A DNA stretch of 63,976 bases, the filler included, from Sanchytrium tribonematis (lineage: Eukaryota): assembly GCA_018985235.1 (NCBI GenBank). It is 8 parts of 8 records of this genome, joined end to end, with 100 filler letters (N's around TTAATTAATTAA, not from the genome) between each part and the next. Parts side by side here need not be neighbours in the genome. Positions count along the whole stretch, not along the records: positions 24,732 to 32,866 come from JADGIG010000392.1; positions 32,967 to 41,100 come from JADGIG010000393.1; positions 41,201 to 49,325 come from JADGIG010000394.1; 5 more parts are not named here. The stretch is one strand, 5' to 3'. Positions 31,839-41,343 of the stretch are shown here, piece by piece. Position numbers and translations under genes: made by a program. The number at the start of each line of letters is the position of its first letter. The stretch's first letter is position 1. The notes beneath the pieces are model-generated. The model had not been told where the DNA came from and ran no database searches. It saw nothing but the letters and a program-made list of their open reading frames with translations.

Positions 31839-32363
31839 ATGTCATTGAGTTTCCCAACAACTGACGTGCCATTAACATTAAACTGCCAAATCGCATATGG
31901 CAAAGCATACCAATGTAAAACAAAAGCAGGCGAATCACCCATTTGTTCATCTTGTGGCAGTTTAACAGAAGCATTATTGACTCAATGCGCGGTGAATGAT
32001 TTCAAGGATCTAGAAATGACAGATTTGGCAATGCAATGTCATCAGGAAGGCGGTGAATACTGTATTGACAATCCAAAATTCAAAATGGATGTGAAATTGT
32101 GTCAAGACAGATGTTCTCAATTTTACTCAAAAATGAGATCATTTGCAAGTCCAAGTATGCGAGCAGCATTGGATCCAGATCAGGTCTTACTACGTTGTGG
32201 GTACAACTATCCAAATACCACTCAAATTGGATACAATCCATTTCAAAATCAACCCATTACAGCATCAACAGCAGCTTCAAATGGAACCAAAACTGACAGC
32301 AATTCAGCAGCATCTGGTGTCACATTCTCTGTTTTGACTTTGGCTACTTTGATGTTGATTTGA
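31839..32363 (+). CDS. Cys-rich GPI-like protein (array member 5)
   Basis: Same Cys scaffold (QCHQEGGEYC, CQDRCSQFY); FSVLTLATLMLI tail. Confidence 0.8.
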   Translation: MSLSFPTTDVPLTLNCQIAYGKAYQCKTKAGESPICSSCGSLTEALLTQCAVNDFKDLEMTDLAMQCHQEGGEYCIDNPKFKMDVKLCQDRCSQFYSKMRSFASPSMRAALDPDQVLLRCGYNYPNTTQIGYNPFQNQPITASTAASNGTKTDSNSAASGVTFSVLTLATLMLI

Positions 32364-32449
32364 ATAAATATTTGTATGATTTATTGGTTGTTAAATGATT
32401 TCACTTGCAGTTTACCCTTAGTTTCTGTGATTGGATACTAGATATACAA

Positions 32450-32761
32450 ATGTTCTATCCTGCTCCCACATCAATGGATCTATGTACCAGCGCGAAAAAT
32501 GACTATGCTGAATGTGTGGACATATTTCCAAACTGCGTGACTTGCGATTCCCAATACAGAAAAGTAATAACAGCATGTAGTCTAGCAGAATCGAGTCGCA
32601 TCGTTTGCAAAGCATTGACTCCTGAAGCAGCGACTTCAACAAATCACACAAATTTGAAAAACTCGACTACTTTTGTCAATTCAACAAACCCAGGTAAATC
32701 TTCTTCAGCCAGTAGTATCACATTTACAGTAATGACACTGTCTACTTTGCTACTAGTTTAA
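32450..32761 (+). CDS. Cys-rich GPI-like protein (array member 6; short form)
   Basis: 6 Cys; FTVMTLSTLLLV tail; a seventh member probably starts at ATG 32858. Confidence 0.75.
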   Translation: MFYPAPTSMDLCTSAKNDYAECVDIFPNCVTCDSQYRKVITACSLAESSRIVCKALTPEAATSTNHTNLKNSTTFVNSTNPGKSSSASSITFTVMTLSTLLLV

Positions 32762-32866
32762 AATAAATCACTTTTAAATGAACCAGCTTGCAGGTTTTTC
32801 AATTGGTTCTGTGATTGGGTAATTTTCAATAAATAGAAATGACAACCCACATCCCAAATGTTCTCC

Positions 32867-32966
32867 NNNNNNNNNNNNNNNNNNNNNNNNNNNNNNNNNN
32901 NNNNNNNNNNTTAATTAATTAANNNNNNNNNNNNNNNNNNNNNNNNNNNNNNNNNNNNNNNNNNNN
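32867..32966. other. Artificial contig linker
   Basis: N44-TTAATTAATTAA-N44. Confidence 0.98.
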
Positions 32967-33208
32967 TCTGAAACCGTTTCTGCAAATGGTGCCATATAAT
33001 GTATAACGGAAAGAATAAAATTCATTGAAACAGTTTTTTTGAAAAGTGGCTTATTGCTACGTTGCTTGTCACAGAAAAGCCATTTTGACGCGAGCGACTA
33101 GTTTGAACGAACAAAAATTCAACAGAAAATCAACAATAAACAAATCAAGGTATGCGAGGACTAAGGAAATAAAATTTGAACTTCGGTTCAGTAGTAATTT
33201 TTTGAAAC

Positions 33209-33565
33209 ATGAAATTGGCAAAATTATTTTTGATTCTTTGGTGTTTATTTATATTAGGTACCTCGATTTATGCTACTATTAGTACTTTAGACTATACATT
33301 TATACCCATTGCTGCATTTATGCTGATTGATTTAATCGCAATTGCTATTAAAAATGAGAAATTTAAAAGATTTGCATTTTACACGCATTCTATTTCATCT
33401 GCACTTGTGATTGTGCTCATGGTGGTGCTGTTGTTCAATATTGCATCTAAATCATTATTTTATACCTCATTAATGGTATTATTGGTTTTTGCAATTGGAA
33501 GTATTTTATCCATTTTGGCATTTAAGAGGGTATTACCGAATCGAAAATCCTTTTTACCTCAGTAA
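33209..33565 (+). CDS. Small four-TM hypothetical protein
   Basis: Four hydrophobic segments in 118 aa. Confidence 0.6.
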   Translation: MKLAKLFLILWCLFILGTSIYATISTLDYTFIPIAAFMLIDLIAIAIKNEKFKRFAFYTHSISSALVIVLMVVLLFNIASKSLFYTSLMVLLVFAIGSILSILAFKRVLPNRKSFLPQ

Positions 33566-33698
33566 ATGACTGTATATTCCCTATTTTCATGATTGACTTG
33601 GGTTTGTTCCTATTGGTACTTTGCGAGCAATGCAAGGCCCCTGCAAGCAAAATAAATTAAATCGTTTCATTTATATTTGGACATTTCCCTCTTCTGTA

Positions 33699-34280
33699 AT
33701 GATCTTCCATTTACTCACATCTGCAGTCGTCTGTACATTTGGTACTGCTACAAATGATTCAACCATGACAGTCATCATCACCCCATATTTCTTTGATTTG
33801 CATTTAAACCAACAATTACAAATCAAAACATCCTGTGGCAATTCCCATTTTAAATTAACCCCACAATTGAAATTGACTTTATTTACCATCCCAAATTGTC
33901 CATCCATGTCTAATGTCTCCATTAAATTGCCACAAAGTCATGAACAATATGATTGTGATTTATTGCATTTTGTACCCTCCCCATATGATCCCACATCTCA
34001 ATTGGATATCGCATTACCATCTGAATACAGTCTACAAGATTGTGGTAAAGTCTTTCGAATGGCAATGGATTATCGTCTTCCTGAAACCTATTTGCAATTA
34101 TTATCAAATCAACATTGTTGTGATCATCAATCTGATTTGGGTATTCAGTGTCGTGATGATGGATTAATCACTGCAATTGACTGGCATTTACTAAATACGA
34201 CTGGTCAATTGAATCAAAATGTGTTTCAACAATTATATTATTTGACATCCTTTTTACCACCTGTTCAAATTACCAATTAA
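33699..34280 (+). CDS. Secreted hypothetical protein ending in an LRR N-cap-like module (possibly a truncated LRR gene)
   Basis: MIFHLLTSAVVC; DC..F..M..CC..GIQC..ITAIDW..GQL resembles the cap of the LRR protein at 13759. Confidence 0.55.
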   Translation: MIFHLLTSAVVCTFGTATNDSTMTVIITPYFFDLHLNQQLQIKTSCGNSHFKLTPQLKLTLFTIPNCPSMSNVSIKLPQSHEQYDCDLLHFVPSPYDPTSQLDIALPSEYSLQDCGKVFRMAMDYRLPETYLQLLSNQHCCDHQSDLGIQCRDDGLITAIDWHLLNTTGQLNQNVFQQLYYLTSFLPPVQITN

Positions 34281-34351
34281 TAAATGATATTAAAATGCAC
34301 AGATCAAAAGGAGGGTAAATAGATTTCTCCTATTAATTCTCCCTCGCAAAA

Positions 34352-34870
34352 ATGAAATTTATTTTTTTGCTGTATGTTGTATACGCACATTGCACTTTAC
34401 AGGACATTCTATTTTCAAGTTCATTAGAATCTCTTTTGAGTCAATGTGAAGCACCATGTGATTTTGGACATTTCATAACAACAAATCAACATGAAATCAT
34501 TTTATTATTACATCTATTACCAGGTATTGTGAATCAATTACCTGCTCAATGTGTCTATACGGATACTAAGCAAGATGCACGCACACTTGCAAAATCAATT
34601 TTAAATACAAATCATCTCCAAGTCATTCCATGTCAAACTAAAGCAATTAGAGTCTTTAAACGAGATCAATCATGCTCCCGTATTGATATTGGCATGTTTA
34701 TGGCATTCTTTGGTGGTGCTACATGGATATTAATGCCAGATGGCCCATTAACACTCAATGAGAAACATCAATTGGAATTTCTAATTCTAATGAATGCAAT
34801 CGCATTATTCATTGGTGGAATCGGATATTCGTATGCCATTACATTCACAGAGAAGAAAAAGCAAGAATAA
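34352..34870 (+). CDS. Signal + pro-region + KR site + two TM helices (family member 1)
   Basis: MKFIFLLYVVYA..VIPC..VFKR/DQSC..TM..TM. Confidence 0.7.
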   Translation: MKFIFLLYVVYAHCTLQDILFSSSLESLLSQCEAPCDFGHFITTNQHEIILLLHLLPGIVNQLPAQCVYTDTKQDARTLAKSILNTNHLQVIPCQTKAIRVFKRDQSCSRIDIGMFMAFFGGATWILMPDGPLTLNEKHQLEFLILMNAIALFIGGIGYSYAITFTEKKKQE

Positions 34871-34984
34871 ATATATGTTTGAAAAAAGATTAGGCATCTT
34901 TTCAAAAGAGGGGGCTTATCAACACCAATGAAGCCCATTTTAAATTGCATCATATCATGTCATCACAATTTGACATTCCCCGTG

Positions 34985-36082
34985 ATGTTGTTGCCATTTC
35001 TATTTTATGCTCGAATTGTCATGACGCCACAATTTGCCACAGATTCAGCCAAAATCATTCAAGATGTATTGCCCACCATGGTATTTCAATGGGATATCAT
35101 GCGTAACTGTTTGATAAATGGTGAATGTGATGCATTAAGATCAAATAGACATCAATTTGATCCAGTCTTGCAAATGATTAAAAGTGTCAAACAACAAGAG
35201 ATTCAAATGGATGATTTAAGAATGGATCAACATGAATTACATGGTATTTTGACTCAAATGGCACAGTATATGCTTAATCCAGTTACAATTCCAACACAAT
35301 CTGAGGTACAACAGATGACTCAGCATTTATTAAAATGTCGAAGAGGGAGAAGAATTGTAAAGCGAGATGGTGTTGGTGAAGTTGGTGAAGTTGAATTGGG
35401 TCTTTCTGCACCAAATACTGGATCAGGGATGGTACACATGGGAGATAAGAAGAAAAATGGCTATCAGGAACTCTCTAATCCCCCCAATTGCCAATTACGG
35501 TGGCATACTTTAAAATCTAAAATCATGGCTATATTAGTAGGTGGGATTCTGTTATTCAGTGTTGGTATTACTGGTATGGTTGCATCTATCTCTCGATACA
35601 ATCATAAAAATGTAGAAATCCAAGATTTGAAACAACCAATCGCACCAATTTGTAATTTCAAGGCGGATTGCAAGAATGGCTTCAAATTGCAGGAATACGC
35701 AGAAATAACAAGATTAGCTGATGTAGAGACACCACATTGTTATGTTTGTTATACTGCCAATTGTAATCCAGATAAATTAAATTCATGTTATTGGTTTGAT
35801 ACGATTACAGAACAAGTTTTGATTAAACATTTGGATTCAGAGACAGCCGAGGTATTGTCTGATGTATTGAAAGAAGCCATTAAGGAAAAAGAATGCGTGA
35901 TTGAAAACTATGGTGAATGGAAAGGATCTGATGCCCCTGATAGATGCGCAAAAGAAGTGGCACGTCGACAACATATTCCAAAGAATCATTATATTTATTG
36001 GGTAGTTGCATCTGCTATGGCATCTTTTATTGGATTTATTGCCGTGTTTTCACAAATTGCGCGATTGATGATGAATAAATAG
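34985..36082 (+). CDS. Signal + pro-region + KR site + TM, Cys-rich loop, TM (family member 2)
   Basis: MLLPFLFYA..LLKC..IVKR/DG..C..TM..Cys-rich insert..TM. Confidence 0.7.
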   Translation: MLLPFLFYARIVMTPQFATDSAKIIQDVLPTMVFQWDIMRNCLINGECDALRSNRHQFDPVLQMIKSVKQQEIQMDDLRMDQHELHGILTQMAQYMLNPVTIPTQSEVQQMTQHLLKCRRGRRIVKRDGVGEVGEVELGLSAPNTGSGMVHMGDKKKNGYQELSNPPNCQLRWHTLKSKIMAILVGGILLFSVGITGMVASISRYNHKNVEIQDLKQPIAPICNFKADCKNGFKLQEYAEITRLADVETPHCYVCYTANCNPDKLNSCYWFDTITEQVLIKHLDSETAEVLSDVLKEAIKEKECVIENYGEWKGSDAPDRCAKEVARRQHIPKNHYIYWVVASAMASFIGFIAVFSQIARLMMNK

Positions 36083-36270
36083 GATTTGCCATTATTGTCA
36101 TTTTATGGATAAATGGGCAATGAAGTGATCTATTCAGACACGTGATGGATATGATGTGATATATGGTGTCATTTTGAATCTTGTGATGCATTATGATGTC
36201 ATTTTAGAGTGGCACAGATCAGTTTCAAAGGGGGTAAATGGTTTTTAAACGCGACATCCCCAAATGTACA

Positions 36271-36942
36271 ATGATTTTGACGACATTGTTGTTTGCCACA
36301 TTGGAACTTGGTCAACTTGATGCCACATTAAAACGTGTACCTGCATTAGCTCGACTGATCGAAACTTGTCAAAGTGAAGAGAAATACGGCTCGTTCAACT
36401 GTGCCCCCGCCACCTTCAATTCTTTGATGCTATCAATGGAAGATATTGCTGCTCTCATCACTGAATCCTATAAAGTGGATAAAGATGTGTCTGCTGTAGA
36501 TGTGACCGCTGTAACAGTAGAAGCGGAGGCTTATTTGTATAATCAGGGATATTTAATTCAACCTTGCAAAACTGCTAAAAGTAGCACAATGATGTTGAAG
36601 AAACGTGGTAAGTTTTGTAGAACTGTTCCAGATGTTACATTGGTTCTAGTGGCAGCGGCAGCAATTGTTTTTAACTTTATCAAAAATGTCGAAGGTGTTC
36701 ACATTTCTGAACAAGTATCAAAATATTTACTATTAGGTGCTGCTGGTCTGTTGGCTTTAAGATCAACTATTGGTGTTTACCGAACATGGACTGCAGTTGA
36801 GATTGAAAGAGATAGCTCGAGCAGAACGAGATTAACCGAAACTCGAAGAATTCCGGAACCGAGGAAAAAGGAAGCGGCAAAGGATTCTTCAAAGGGTGAA
36901 GTAAAAACTGGTACTAAATTTCAACGCGAAGTGGATGTTTAA
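36271..36942 (+). CDS. Signal + pro-region + KR site + two TM helices (family member 3)
   Basis: MILTTLLFA..IQPC..LKKR/GKFC..TM..TM, charged tail. Confidence 0.7.
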   Translation: MILTTLLFATLELGQLDATLKRVPALARLIETCQSEEKYGSFNCAPATFNSLMLSMEDIAALITESYKVDKDVSAVDVTAVTVEAEAYLYNQGYLIQPCKTAKSSTMMLKKRGKFCRTVPDVTLVLVAAAAIVFNFIKNVEGVHISEQVSKYLLLGAAGLLALRSTIGVYRTWTAVEIERDSSSRTRLTETRRIPEPRKKEAAKDSSKGEVKTGTKFQREVDV

Positions 36943-37344
36943 ACCAATAAATGATTAGACTTATTTTATTGTTCCAATTGACATTTCAAAGTTGTAAGAG
37001 CATATCACAATTTGCAAGAAGTCATTGAAGAAACACAGACTTCCAATATCTCCTCTTGAATGTTGTAGATCTTTAGTCAAACAAACAATTACTCAATTGC
37101 GAATTTGCTCATCAATTAGAATTATTGACCTTGTTGCGGATATTGGGGCAGTAGAGTACTTTACTTTGGTGGGATTTAGTATTAAAAAAACTTCTAGCGC
37201 AGTATCGAATACTGGTCAAACAGCAATAGACCTTGAAGTAGGACAAACAAGTCGCAAAAAATGGACCAGGGCTGCGAAATCTGGTGCTAGATGTTTTATT
37301 TTTGTCATACCCTTGCAACAAGGAGATATTTTTGTCAATTCAAA

Positions 37345-37866
37345 ATGCTTTTCATTTTTATCATCTTGCTACATGCTCGAGACCTCCCATCTTCTATTGA
37401 ATCCATTCAACAATTAGTCAATGTATGTCCTACTTGCAGTGCTGCTCAAATATTAGCAGATCATCCAGAGATGATTTCGTCAATTTTGAGAGAATATAAA
37501 GAATTGCCCCATCATTTTCATTCGTCCCAAACATCCAATTCTCCGTTGATAAGTGATTCCATAAATGCTCAGAGATTATTAGATCAAAGTGGATTGCAAA
37601 TAAGTAGATGTAATCACATCCAAAAGAGATCTTATAAATGTTTTTTATTCAATCTTGGATTAGCTCCAGTGATATTTGGATTATCATCTATTGTAGTGAA
37701 TCATTTGGGATTATTTAAATTGTCTGCAGTCACTAAAGAGATTATTAATTTGATTGGTGCATTTGTGATTGTTGTGAGTGGGACATTTTTGATGTCTGCA
37801 GCGAGTCAAATTAGATTGAGATTAGTTGCACAAGATACAGTGAATGAAGAACCTCCATTGATTTAA
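37345..37866 (+). CDS. Signal + pro-region + KR site + two TM helices (family member 4)
   Basis: MLFIFIILLHA..ISRC..IQKR/SYKC..TM..TM. Confidence 0.7.
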   Translation: MLFIFIILLHARDLPSSIESIQQLVNVCPTCSAAQILADHPEMISSILREYKELPHHFHSSQTSNSPLISDSINAQRLLDQSGLQISRCNHIQKRSYKCFLFNLGLAPVIFGLSSIVVNHLGLFKLSAVTKEIINLIGAFVIVVSGTFLMSAASQIRLRLVAQDTVNEEPPLI

Positions 37867-37900
37867 ATGATGGGACTCCTACTTAAAAATAAACTCATAT

Positions 37901-39160
37901 TTATTCATTTATAGTCAACATTTTAGCATTTACAGATATAGAGGGCTCCATAGTCTGTATAGGGGGTGTAATAATATCCAAATGATCATTTTTCATATTC
38001 ATTTGTGGACTCTGTATGGAATCTGGTTTATTTTTACTATATTTGGCATTTAATAATTTCCAATAATCCGTGGTTAATTGATCCATAGATTTCAATAATG
38101 GATGAAATAATCTATGAACATATACATAGGGTGTACTTACAAGTGTGCAATTGCCATGAATTCGATTTGAATGACCTTGTTTGATCGAAATAATAATGGG
38201 GTGATTTGAATGGATCAATTTCATTGATTTGGATTGTAAATGGGATTGGATATTATGTGATACTAATTTAGCATGTTGGATGGCAATATATGCCATTTTA
38301 AATGGACTCAAATTGGACACATCTCCAATGGCAAATATGTCATCATATAATTGCAATTGGCAAGTATGGCGTGTTTGGATATATCCATTGGAATCTAGTG
38401 TATTTATTGGCATAAATTGACTATTTGGATGTAAATTACCAGTGCAATCCATAAGTAAATCACAATTATACGTATTTTGAGATGTTTTAATTTGTAAATC
38501 ACCAGTTTGCCATCCTTTATCCATTGGATTTGGAATATGGTGTCTTAAATTAGTCACACGTTGATTTAATATGACATTGACTTGTTTCTTGTGTAAATTA
38601 GCGCGTAATTTATGATGAAATTGTGGTTTATAAGGACCTGGTACCAATTGAGAACCAGAATGGATTAATGTAATGTGTTTATCAGGATAATCGGTGGCTA
38701 TTTCATGGCATAATTCAATACCAGATGGACCACCACCTACAATTATGATGGAATTGGCTAATTTGATAGCTGTAGTAATTTGGTGTAATACATCCATTCC
38801 AGCATGTTGATTTAAATGTAATTTGAGTGGAGATGGATATGCACATCCACTGGCAATTACGAGCATATCATAATGAATAAAATGATGATTTGTTTTTATA
38901 AATTTCTCATTTGGATTCACAGAAATGACAGTATCATGAATCACAGTGAGATGAGTGGATAATTGAGTGTACGGAATGAATAATTTAGAGTGGAATTGTG
39001 AATCAATAATGCCTTTAATAGATGCCAAATTGAAATAAATGGAATCCTGTTTTGTAATCATGGTGATTTCCACTTGAAGTGATTTAAAAAGGGATTTTAG
39101 ATATTGAATCGTGTGAATGGCACCAATGCCACTTCCAATAATGACAATTTGAGATGGCAT
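37901..39160 (-). CDS. AIF/AMID(FSP1)-like FAD-dependent pyridine nucleotide oxidoreductase
   Basis: IVIIGSGIGA, YDMLVIASG, IVGGGPSGIEL, IFAIGD. Confidence 0.88.
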   Translation of the reverse strand: MPSQIVIIGSGIGAIHTIQYLKSLFKSLQVEITMITKQDSIYFNLASIKGIIDSQFHSKLFIPYTQLSTHLTVIHDTVISVNPNEKFIKTNHHFIHYDMLVIASGCAYPSPLKLHLNQHAGMDVLHQITTAIKLANSIIIVGGGPSGIELCHEIATDYPDKHITLIHSGSQLVPGPYKPQFHHKLRANLHKKQVNVILNQRVTNLRHHIPNPMDKGWQTGDLQIKTSQNTYNCDLLMDCTGNLHPNSQFMPINTLDSNGYIQTRHTCQLQLYDDIFAIGDVSNLSPFKMAYIAIQHAKLVSHNIQSHLQSKSMKLIHSNHPIIISIKQGHSNRIHGNCTLVSTPYVYVHRLFHPLLKSMDQLTTDYWKLLNAKYSKNKPDSIQSPQMNMKNDHLDIITPPIQTMEPSISVNAKMLTINE

Positions 39161-39255
39161 TTTAAAAAGGAGACATTTGCGATTTTTAAATGGACGTGTG
39201 CGTATCTGCTGATTGGTAAAAACTATATAAAAACATCATTTATTGATTTCATGAT

Positions 39256-40176
39256 TTAATCTTGTTTCTCATCTTCATCATCACTTCTAGAATCATCCAC
39301 ATTATTGCCTTTAATCACTTTCACGACTAATTTTAAAATCATGATAAACCAGAAAAATACCATAAATAACAATCCCACCATTAATATTTTGGACCAAAAC
39401 ATCATCCAATCATTCACAAATAAGCCATTCTTTGGATCCCATTTCATTTCATTATATTTTGAGAAATCCCACCATTGTAAAATCACATGTACATACAAAT
39501 ATTGGCGCGTATAAACCCATCCGACAACGAATAGACCAAAAAGGAGGTCTGCTGATTTATTATAATGCAAATATTTCATGCATTTGGCTAAACAAAGCAC
39601 GATATCCATGGAATCAAAGATTGTTTCAATTAAAATGCCTAATAATGCCCCATTAGCGTACCAACTTGTAATCACCATAGATAGAGCCACAAAGTGATGC
39701 ACCAGCATCATCAAATGGTCTTTTCTCTTCTTTTCCATGTGTAATACAAATATCATGTGACACCAAAGTGCGCCAATTCCTAAATAATACTGTTTTAAAT
39801 GCCATGACGTGTATTTCTGAGGATAGGGATGCACAATATACACCCAACTGGTGGGCAATGGGCTAATTTGATAATTATAAATGCCATAAATAAATGAAAT
39901 ACTGTAAATCATAAATTGATACGCTTGTTCTTTCAATCTTTGTTCTTTTTTGACATTAAAATGCACGTATTTCATAAATATGATTCTGATCCACAGTAAT
40001 AACTGGGTATACGTAAATATAATACATAAATCTTTGATGCCATTTCCATATTTCACTACATTGTTAATTTGGACTGGATAAGAGAGTTGGTAGAATGATT
40101 TGAATTCTGGAATGACTAGTGAAGATATAGCAATACACGGCAGTATACCAAATGAGAGAGATTTCAGCGAGGGCAT
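39256..40176 (-). CDS. Ceramide synthase (Lag1/Lac1, TLC domain)
   Basis: Lag1 motif RKDHLMMLVHH..DSMDIVLCLAK; WFIMILK; DDSRSDDE tail. Confidence 0.9.
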   Translation of the reverse strand: MPSLKSLSFGILPCIAISSLVIPEFKSFYQLSYPVQINNVVKYGNGIKDLCIIFTYTQLLLWIRIIFMKYVHFNVKKEQRLKEQAYQFMIYSISFIYGIYNYQISPLPTSWVYIVHPYPQKYTSWHLKQYYLGIGALWCHMIFVLHMEKKRKDHLMMLVHHFVALSMVITSWYANGALLGILIETIFDSMDIVLCLAKCMKYLHYNKSADLLFGLFVVGWVYTRQYLYVHVILQWWDFSKYNEMKWDPKNGLFVNDWMMFWSKILMVGLLFMVFFWFIMILKLVVKVIKGNNVDDSRSDDEDEKQD

Positions 40177-40332
40177 TTTTTATAAAACGAGGAGAAATAT
40201 TTGACGTCAGAGATGGAATAGACGATTTATGACGTGCTGAATGCTTTCAAATCGAAAATGGTTTTAAATTTGATAGAATGATCAGGGCATTTATTTGCTG
40301 TTATCCGTTGAAAATGGGGATATAACTCGTTT

Positions 40333-41001
40333 CTACTCCTCGAAATAATAGCAATCAACTAGATCTTCTAGGGTATTATCAAATGAATCTGGTCTGTAAA
40401 TAGATTTACGATTAGTGACCATGATTGTCTTTCTGTGATTTTGTTTTTCAGTTGGCATCAGACTAGATGGTCTGTTTTGAGTCTTTTGACGTGGGAGGGT
40501 GGTCATATCTAAAATCACATCATTGGATGGGCTAGCTGTAGATTCAGAGAACATGGTGTTGCCATAGCTAGAGAATGAGGATTGACTACTTGGTGGGGAT
40601 GGCAATGGAGATCTTTTGAGATAATGCGTTTGTGCACGTCGTTTAGATTTGTGCTTTTTAGAACTAGATGGCTTAGTGACTGGCTTATTTGTAATTGGAC
40701 GACTTTCTGGATCAGTAAATTTAGAATCTCGTTTCTCTTTTCTTTCAATGGGTGATGGTATTTTAGCCAGTTTGGGTTTATGAACAATATCATTGACTGA
40801 TTCTAAGGGGACTAGTTCATTTTGAGTGGCTCTTAATGATTTATCAACCTTGCGTTGTTGATCTTTTGATAATTGTGGCTGAATTTCAAATTGATTTCCT
40901 TTTAAATATTTGAGTTGTTGACGTTTTAAATATACATAAACAGATAAGAATAGAATAAAAATCAAGCTAAAGAATATTAGAATCGCACTAGTGGGGTCCA
41001 T
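40333..41001 (-). CDS. Single N-terminal TM protein with basic/Ser-rich disordered tail
   Basis: MDPTSAILIFFSLIFILFLSVYVYLKR; architecture like 27674-28969. Confidence 0.65.
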   Translation of the reverse strand: MDPTSAILIFFSLIFILFLSVYVYLKRQQLKYLKGNQFEIQPQLSKDQQRKVDKSLRATQNELVPLESVNDIVHKPKLAKIPSPIERKEKRDSKFTDPESRPITNKPVTKPSSSKKHKSKRRAQTHYLKRSPLPSPPSSQSSFSSYGNTMFSESTASPSNDVILDMTTLPRQKTQNRPSSLMPTEKQNHRKTIMVTNRKSIYRPDSFDNTLEDLVDCYYFEE

Positions 41002-41100
41002 TTCAACTACGGATGAGTGATTGTAAATAAATATAGAATCAGATACTTTGATTGGTACGAAAGAGATTGCAATCAATTTGAATTTGTTTGTCACTCAAAT

Positions 41101-41200
41101 NNNNNNNNNNNNNNNNNNNNNNNNNNNNNNNNNNNNNNNNNNNNTTAATTAATTAANNNNNNNNNNNNNNNNNNNNNNNNNNNNNNNNNNNNNNNNNNNN
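41101..41200. other. Artificial contig linker
   Basis: N44-TTAATTAATTAA-N44. Confidence 0.98.
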
Positions 41201-41343
41201 CAGATCACCGTAAAAACGGACACGCAACAGGATACTAGTAGCTTGAAATTAACTTTTTAAAAACACCCCTTTTAAGGTAGCATAAATAATTTTTTTTTAG
41301 TTTTCGAATTTTTGATACATTTTAAAATCAATATAATTGGGCC

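Noticed and set aside
29047..32818. Repeated 11-mer as a CRISPR-like array
   Set aside because: The repeat is too short, the spacers are whole genes of 380-770 nt, there are no cas genes, and the context is eukaryotic.
38112..38140. GTAAGT..TAG 29-nt candidate intron in the AIF-like gene (minus strand)
   Set aside because: The ORF is open through it, and removal would shift the frame and lose the plausible KS.D..YWK ending.
41277..41300. gtag..tttag 24-nt candidate intron upstream of EMP70 that might add a signal peptide
   Set aside because: It lacks the -6 A consensus, and I found no upstream ATG giving an in-frame hydrophobic leader.
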